32,000 nucleotides of DNA, from contig NC_014408.1 of NCBI RefSeq assembly GCF_000145295.1, positions 270,001 through 302,000 on the forward strand, given 5' to 3'. Below, in pieces: positions 27,446 to 32,000 of the stretch (its first letter is position 1; each line of letters begins with the position of its first letter). A model generated the notes under the pieces. The model saw only the letters and a program-made list of their open reading frames with translations. It was not told where the DNA came from and did not search any database. Position numbers and translations under genes: made by a program. This DNA comes from Methanothermobacter marburgensis str. Marburg. GTDB taxonomy: Archaea; Methanobacteriota; Methanobacteria; Methanobacteriales; Methanothermobacteraceae.

Positions 27446-28284
27446 AGTTCTGCCCCTTCAAGGGATCTGTAATCTGTCTCTAATATTCTTTTCTCCTCGC
27501 CGTCGTAGTGTATTTCTTCGATGTCGAAGAATTTTCTGAAGGCTGGTTCACGCACCTTTTCCTCGTATACGTGGGATATGAGTCCTGGAAGCCGTCCTAT
27601 CATGAACACCCCTGCACCTGTGCGCCAGTCAAAACCCATATCTGAGAGTATTCCGGCGTTGGCACCGTCAACGTTCATCCTGACACCCTTACGCTCAAGG
27701 AGTATGTTCTGAACCTCAACCGCAAGCCTTGTATGGGGGCCGACACAGTCGTACTCCTCTGCAAGGTCCAGGAGCCGCACAGCCCGGGGATCCGCATTAT
27801 GATACCTGTGCCCGAAACCAGGCACCTTCCGGTTCCTCCGCAGATGATCATCCACCAGCCTAAGAGCAGCCTCAGGAATCTCATCCTCAGACTCACACCC
27901 TGAAACCGTCTCCTGGAAAAGCTTCATGGACCTCTCAATAGCCCCGGCATGATTCTTACCAAAGGCCAGAAGACCACCAGCAATACACGCATGCACCGGA
28001 GAACCAGCAGAGGCAATCATACGGGCAGCCTGCGTACTGGGCGGAGTCACACCATGATCACAGAAAGACACCAGGACAGCCTCCAGCATCCTCGCAACAT
28101 TACCAGGAGGAAGCTCACCCCTAATCAACAGGTAAACCATCTCAGAAAAAGAAACACCACCAATCAAATCCTCCTGAGAATAACCCCTGGTAACAATCCG
28201 ATTAGGCTCAACCCTCGTAATGGAAGTCCTCCACTTCGGATTTTTTACCTTCAGTATATCATTAATTATTCCTTCAGATATCAT
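27406..28284 (-). CDS. Short citrate-synthase-family protein (citryl-CoA lyase / minimal citrate synthase-like)
   Basis: 292 aa. The motif GFGHRYHNADPRA corresponds to the catalytic His region of citrate synthases (GFGHRVY..DPR). It is much shorter than canonical citrate synthase. Confidence 0.75.
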   Translation of the reverse strand: MISEGIINDILKVKNPKWRTSITRVEPNRIVTRGYSQEDLIGGVSFSEMVYLLIRGELPPGNVARMLEAVLVSFCDHGVTPPSTQAARMIASAGSPVHACIAGGLLAFGKNHAGAIERSMKLFQETVSGCESEDEIPEAALRLVDDHLRRNRKVPGFGHRYHNADPRAVRLLDLAEEYDCVGPHTRLAVEVQNILLERKGVRMNVDGANAGILSDMGFDWRTGAGVFMIGRLPGLISHVYEEKVREPAFRKFFDIEEIHYDGEEKRILETDYRSLEGAELCRTMNTKEPGRE

Positions 28285-28339
28285 GTCTTTCCCTATCTGA
28301 GTTTGAGTATTTAAATTTTAATGCATTTGGTGCACCCAT

Positions 28340-28356
28340 ATTCACTTTATGTGAAT
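28340..28356. promoter_or_regulatory. Palindrome ATTCAC-N5-GTGAAT upstream of pstS (candidate operator)
   Basis: The 6-bp arms are perfect. Related TTCAC/TACAC motifs occur at 28383 and 28404. Confidence 0.35.
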
Positions 28357-28420
28357 TAAATTTTTCCTCCTCCGAAATTTAGTTCACTAAATGAGTAATA
28401 AAGTACACTAAAATAGTAAA

Positions 28421-28429
28421 TTTTAAATA
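28421..28429 (+). promoter_or_regulatory. TATA-like box TTTTAAATA upstream of pstS-1
   Basis: It is centred about 38 nt before the ATG. SD GAGGTGAT lies at 28452-28459. Confidence 0.35.
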
Positions 28430-28462
28430 CTCCCACAACAAGGTAAAGTTTGAGGTGATAAA

Positions 28463-29278
28463 ATGGACACCAAACTGATCATAGGAATAGTCGTAGCAAT
28501 TGTAATTATTGCTGGCGCAGTCCTGGCACTTGGAGGAGGCGGACAGCAGGAAAAGATCGACATTGTTGGTTCAACTTCTGTTCAGCCGGTTGCCGAAAAA
28601 CTTGCAGCTGAATACATGAAAAAGCACCCCAACGTTAAGATAAACGTCCAGGGCGGAGGATCCAGTGTGGGAATCAAGAGCGCCCAGGATGGTACCGCAG
28701 ACATCGGAACAAGTTCAAAGGAACTTAAACCCGATGAGAAGAAAGGTCTGACAGAGTACATGATAGGTAAGGACGGTATTGCAGTAATTGTAAACAGCAA
28801 GAACACGGTCTCAGACCTCTCAAAGGACCAGGTGAAGGACATTTTCAGTGGAAAGATAACCAACTGGAAAGAGGTCGGAGGACCAGATGCAAAGATAACA
28901 GTGATAACACGTGAAGACGGTTCTGGAACCCGAAAGGCCTTCGAAGAAATTGTGATGGGTAAGGAAACCAAGATAAAGAAGGACGCCATAGTTGAAAGTT
29001 CAACAGAGGCTGTTAAGCAGGCTGTTAAGCAGGATGCAAACGCCATAGGTTTCATATCACTTGCAAACCTCGACGAAACAGTGAAGGCCCTAAAGATTGA
29101 TGGTGTGACCCCATCTGAACAGACAGTTGCAGATGGATCATACAAGATACAGAGGCCATTCCTCTTCCTGGTCAAGGGCAGCGCACAGGGAGCAGTCAAG
29201 GACTTCATTGACTGGGTCCTCAGCCCAGAAGGACAGGCAATAGTCAAATCAGAAAAGGTGGTCCCAGCAAAGGCCTAG
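28463..29278 (+). CDS. pstS: Phosphate ABC transporter substrate-binding protein PstS (copy 1)
   Basis: 271 aa with an N-terminal TM anchor. GSTSVQP...QGGGS...GTSS... and DGSGTR are typical PstS/PBP motifs. Confidence 0.9.
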   Translation: MDTKLIIGIVVAIVIIAGAVLALGGGGQQEKIDIVGSTSVQPVAEKLAAEYMKKHPNVKINVQGGGSSVGIKSAQDGTADIGTSSKELKPDEKKGLTEYMIGKDGIAVIVNSKNTVSDLSKDQVKDIFSGKITNWKEVGGPDAKITVITREDGSGTRKAFEEIVMGKETKIKKDAIVESSTEAVKQAVKQDANAIGFISLANLDETVKALKIDGVTPSEQTVADGSYKIQRPFLFLVKGSAQGAVKDFIDWVLSPEGQAIVKSEKVVPAKA

Positions 29279-29306
29279 TGGTTTTTAATTAAAACCACAA
29301 TTTTTT
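29278..29306 (+). terminator. 8-bp stem-loop (GTGGTTTT-TAATT-AAAACCAC) followed by a T6 run
   Basis: The stem pairs 29278-29285 with 29291-29298. The T-run spans 29301-29306. The structure begins at the last base of the pstS-1 stop codon. Confidence 0.55.
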
Positions 29307-29310
29307 CTTT

Positions 29311-29369
29311 CCGTCACCTTCAGTGAACTTTATTAACCAATAGGTGAAATCGATAACTGAAGGTGATGG
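29311..29369 (+). promoter_or_regulatory. Long-range 14-bp stem that sequesters the SD and first start codons of pstS-2
   Basis: CCGTCACCTTCAGT (29311-29324) pairs with ACTGAAGGTGATGG (29356-29369), giving 13 Watson-Crick pairs and 1 G-U pair with a 31-nt loop. The right arm contains AGGTGA plus the GTG at 29363 and the ATG at 29366. Confidence 0.5.
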
Positions 29370-29371
29370 AG

Positions 29372-30199
29372 ATGGATGTAAAACCACGAAACATTCTCAT
29401 ACTAATCATTATCATCGCACTCGCATACTTCATGATCAAACCTGGTTCAGATTATGAGAGAATTGAAATTGCAGGCTCAACCTCTGTACAGCCAGTTGCT
29501 GAAAAACTCGCCGAGGAATACATGAAGGACCACCCAAATGTCAGGATAAACGTCCAGGGCGGGGGTTCTGGGATGGGTATAAGGACAGTACAGCAGGGGG
29601 TTGTTGATATAGGAACAAGTTCAAAGGCCCTCAAATCCGATGAGAAGGATGGGCTTAAGGAATATGTTATAGGGAAGGATGGCATAGTTATAGCTGTCAA
29701 CCACCAGAACCCTGTCGATGACCTCACAACAGAACAGCTGAGAGATATCTTCAGCGGGAAGATCCGTAACTGGAAAGAGGTTGGAGGCCCAGATGCCGAG
29801 ATACATGTTATAGTACGTGAGGAGGGCTCAGGAACCAGAAGCTCATTCAAATCACTTGTAATGAAGGATGAAAAGATAAGGTCAGATGCAATTGTCCAGG
29901 GGTCCACGGAATCCGTTAAACAGGCGATAAAGAGTGACCCCTATGCTGTGGGTTTTGTCTCAATGGCCCATATGAGTTCAGATGTAAAGGCACTTGAGGT
30001 GAACGGAATAACCCCCTCTGAGACCACAGTGGCCGATGGTTCCTATCCCCTTGTTGTTCCATTTGAATTCATAACCAGGGGGGAACCTGTGGGGGTTGTG
30101 AAGGACTTCATTGACTGGGTCTTTTCACCGGAGGGACAGGCGATTGTCAGGAGCCAGAAGGTTGTCCCTGCAATAGCAAATGTCTCAGATGATACCTAG
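29372..30199 (+). CDS. pstS: Phosphate ABC transporter substrate-binding protein PstS (copy 2, tandem paralogue)
   Basis: It aligns colinearly with copy 1 ([30 protein letters not shown]..., [15 protein letters not shown]). The ATG at 29372 lies 5 nt after SD AGGTGA. The track ORF starts at the GTG at 29363. Confidence 0.9.
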   Translation: MDVKPRNILILIIIIALAYFMIKPGSDYERIEIAGSTSVQPVAEKLAEEYMKDHPNVRINVQGGGSGMGIRTVQQGVVDIGTSSKALKSDEKDGLKEYVIGKDGIVIAVNHQNPVDDLTTEQLRDIFSGKIRNWKEVGGPDAEIHVIVREEGSGTRSSFKSLVMKDEKIRSDAIVQGSTESVKQAIKSDPYAVGFVSMAHMSSDVKALEVNGITPSETTVADGSYPLVVPFEFITRGEPVGVVKDFIDWVFSPEGQAIVRSQKVVPAIANVSDDT

Positions 30200-30209
30200 G
30201 AGGTAAAAA

Positions 30210-31085
30210 ATGATCAGCAAGACAAGGGAAAATCTCATTGAGAAGGGTCTTTTTGTAACGGCGATCTTCTCAATAATCGCTATACTGCTCATAATAACCT
30301 TCATATTCCGTGAGGGAATCCCGATATTCCAGGACTATGGTGTGATAAATTTCATATTCGGAATGGACTGGGCACCGTCTGATGGTAAGTACGGCGTCTT
30401 CACGATGATAGTTGGATCCCTTTGCATCACTCTCCTCTCACTTGCAATAGCGGTTCCACTATCAATCCTATGCGCTATATTCATGGCAGAGGTGGCCCCT
30501 GAGATAATGCGTAAAATCCTTAAACCCGTGATAGAGACCCTTGCAGCAATACCCTCTGTGGTATACGGATTCTTTGGTCTCATAGTTCTGGTACCCTATG
30601 TGAGGGCCAACATAGGGGGCACGGGTTTTGGAATGCTCACAGCAGCACTCATACTCACGGTCATGATCATGCCCACAATCATAAGTGTATCAGAGGACGC
30701 CATAAGGTCAGTACCCCTCGAGTACAAGGAGGCATCCCTTGCACTGGGAGCAACCCACTGGCAGACCATACGCAGGGTCATTTTCCCCGCAGCAATTCCC
30801 GGTATAATAACATCCATCATACTGGGTATGGGCCGTGCCATAGGTGAGACCCTGGCCGTTATAATGGTTGCAGGAAACGTTACACAGATACCATCATCCA
30901 TCCTGGACCCTGTAAGGGCCCTCACATCCAACATAGCACTTGAAATGGGATATGCAACGGGACTTCACTACAGCGCCCTTTTCGGAACAGCCATCATACT
31001 CTTCGTGCTGATAATGATCCTGCTGGTTGTTGCAAACTACTTCCATTACAAGAAAAAGATCGTTATAGGTGGAGGATACCTCTAG
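30210..31085 (+). CDS. pstC: Phosphate ABC transporter permease PstC
   Basis: 291 aa with 6 TM segments and the EAA-loop region [22 protein letters not shown]. Confidence 0.9.
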   Translation: MISKTRENLIEKGLFVTAIFSIIAILLIITFIFREGIPIFQDYGVINFIFGMDWAPSDGKYGVFTMIVGSLCITLLSLAIAVPLSILCAIFMAEVAPEIMRKILKPVIETLAAIPSVVYGFFGLIVLVPYVRANIGGTGFGMLTAALILTVMIMPTIISVSEDAIRSVPLEYKEASLALGATHWQTIRRVIFPAAIPGIITSIILGMGRAIGETLAVIMVAGNVTQIPSSILDPVRALTSNIALEMGYATGLHYSALFGTAIILFVLIMILLVVANYFHYKKKIVIGGGYL

Positions 31086-31095
31086 GAGGCTCAAA

Positions 31096-31947
31096 ATGTC
31101 TTTCAGGATAATATCACCAAAAACCAGTCAGAAGATCATGACAGGAGTGCTGTGGGCATCAGGTCTTGTAACAATACTCATCCTGATTGTTATAATAGGA
31201 TACATAATACTCAAGGGCCTTCCAGCACTGACCCCAGAATTCCTGCTGTCTGAACCCATTGACTCGGGAAGGGCAGGCGGGATAGCTCCGATGATCGTAT
31301 CAAGCATATACGTTACCCTCATCGCAGGAATAATCGCAACTCCACTTGGTGTCGGTGCGGCTGTTTACATGGCTGAATACGCCACAGAGGAAAGGATAGT
31401 GAAGCTCATAAAGTTCGGTGCAGAGACACTGGCCTCCATACCATCAATAGTATTCGGTCTCTTTGGCCTGGCATTCTTCGTTGTATTCCTGGGTCTCGGA
31501 TGGTCAATCCTTTCAGGGGGCCTTGTACTGGCACTCATGGCCCTTCCAACAATCTTCCAGGTTTCCCAGGTGTCCATTGAGACCGTCCCACAGTCATACA
31601 GGGAGGGGAGCCTGGCACTGGGTGCCACAAAATGGGAGACCATCTACCGTGTCGTTGTACCTGCAGCACTGCCAGGTATAACCACAGGAGTTATACTTGG
31701 AATGGCAAGGGCGATATCAGAGGCGGCAGCGGTAATGTTTGTTGTTGGATCGGCGCTTGCAATGCCCATCTCCATATTTGACCCTGGAAGACCCCTACCA
31801 CTCCACCTCTATATAATAGCCACAGAGGGGCTTTCACTCAAAAATGCATATGGAACCGCAGCGGTCCTCGTAATAATCGTGCTCCTCATCACGGTTCTCA
31901 CGAACACTCTTGTTGATAGATACAGAAGGAAGATGATGGGAAGATAG
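31096..31947 (+). CDS. pstA: Phosphate ABC transporter permease PstA
   Basis: The EAA-loop region is [22 protein letters not shown]. The ATG at 31096 lies 6 nt after SD GGAGG. The track ORF starts at 31069, inside pstC. Confidence 0.9.
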   Translation: MSFRIISPKTSQKIMTGVLWASGLVTILILIVIIGYIILKGLPALTPEFLLSEPIDSGRAGGIAPMIVSSIYVTLIAGIIATPLGVGAAVYMAEYATEERIVKLIKFGAETLASIPSIVFGLFGLAFFVVFLGLGWSILSGGLVLALMALPTIFQVSQVSIETVPQSYREGSLALGATKWETIYRVVVPAALPGITTGVILGMARAISEAAAVMFVVGSALAMPISIFDPGRPLPLHLYIIATEGLSLKNAYGTAAVLVIIVLLITVLTNTLVDRYRRKMMGR

Positions 31948-31955
31948 GTGATCTT

Positions 31956-32000
31956 ATGTACAGAATTGAAGTTGAAGACCTCAACGTTTACTTTGACGAG
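31956..32000 (+). CDS. pstB: Phosphate ABC transporter ATPase PstB, 5' fragment (runs off the window)
   Basis: ATG at 31956 after SD AGGTGAT. The visible sequence is MYRIEVEDLNVYFDE and the gene is in operon position. Only 15 codons are visible. Confidence 0.7.
   Translation, partial: MYRIEVEDLNVYFDE

Noticed and set aside
28582-29907. Long antisense ORFs mirrored in both pstS paralogues: 28582-29247 (221 aa) and 29452-29907 (151 aa).
   Set aside because: They occur in both copies simply because the paralogues share sequence. They lack RBS and motifs and are fully contained in the PstS genes.

Overview
The window reads as a core chromosomal region of a hydrogenotrophic methanogen, most likely Methanothermobacter-like. 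That assignment is an inference from an archaeal histone, aEF-1beta, Pth2, ABCE1, a five-subunit cdh-type CODH/ACS operon, GGTGAT-type Shine-Dalgarno sites and about 50% GC. Coding density is high and gene order is operon-like. From left to right the content is as follows. (1) Housekeeping genes: an aminotransferase, ABCE1, a histone, and a pth2 / amino-acid-kinase / Zn-ribbon / aEF-1beta / membrane-protein operon. (2) A Zn-ribbon methyltransferase divergent from a stand-alone type IV pilus-like ATPase plus a half-size platform protein. (3) A CbiM/NikM-type ECF metal importer (M, PDGLE-type N, Q, O) transcribed divergently from cdhA-cdhB-cdhC-cooC-cdhD-cdhE-ferredoxin. (4) A ferredoxin / geranylgeranyl-reductase-like / HEAT-repeat operon. 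(5) tRNA-Leu(UAA) and tRNA-Thr(GGU). (6) A phosphate neighbourhood: metallophosphoesterase, membrane protein, wHTH-PhoU fusion, tandem pstS paralogues, pstC, pstA and the start of pstB. A short citrate-synthase-like gene is embedded in it. I found no CRISPR array, transposase, integrase or obvious foreign island. The items most worth a second look are listed here. First, a small 2TM-type gene absent from the ORF track whose frame is broken by a single in-frame TGA. Second, a 4 x 12-residue His-pair repeat at the C-terminus of the ECF ATPase. Third, evidence that the importer is nickel-type, with paired palindromic sites in the control region it shares with the Ni-dependent CODH/ACS operon. Fourth, a terminator-like hairpin plus a 14-bp RBS-sequestering stem between the two pstS copies, with a phased TTCAC/GTGAA motif array. 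Fifth, the wHTH-PhoU fusion. Sixth, the fdx-GGR-HEAT operon. All functional calls rest on motif recognition by eye. No database search was possible.
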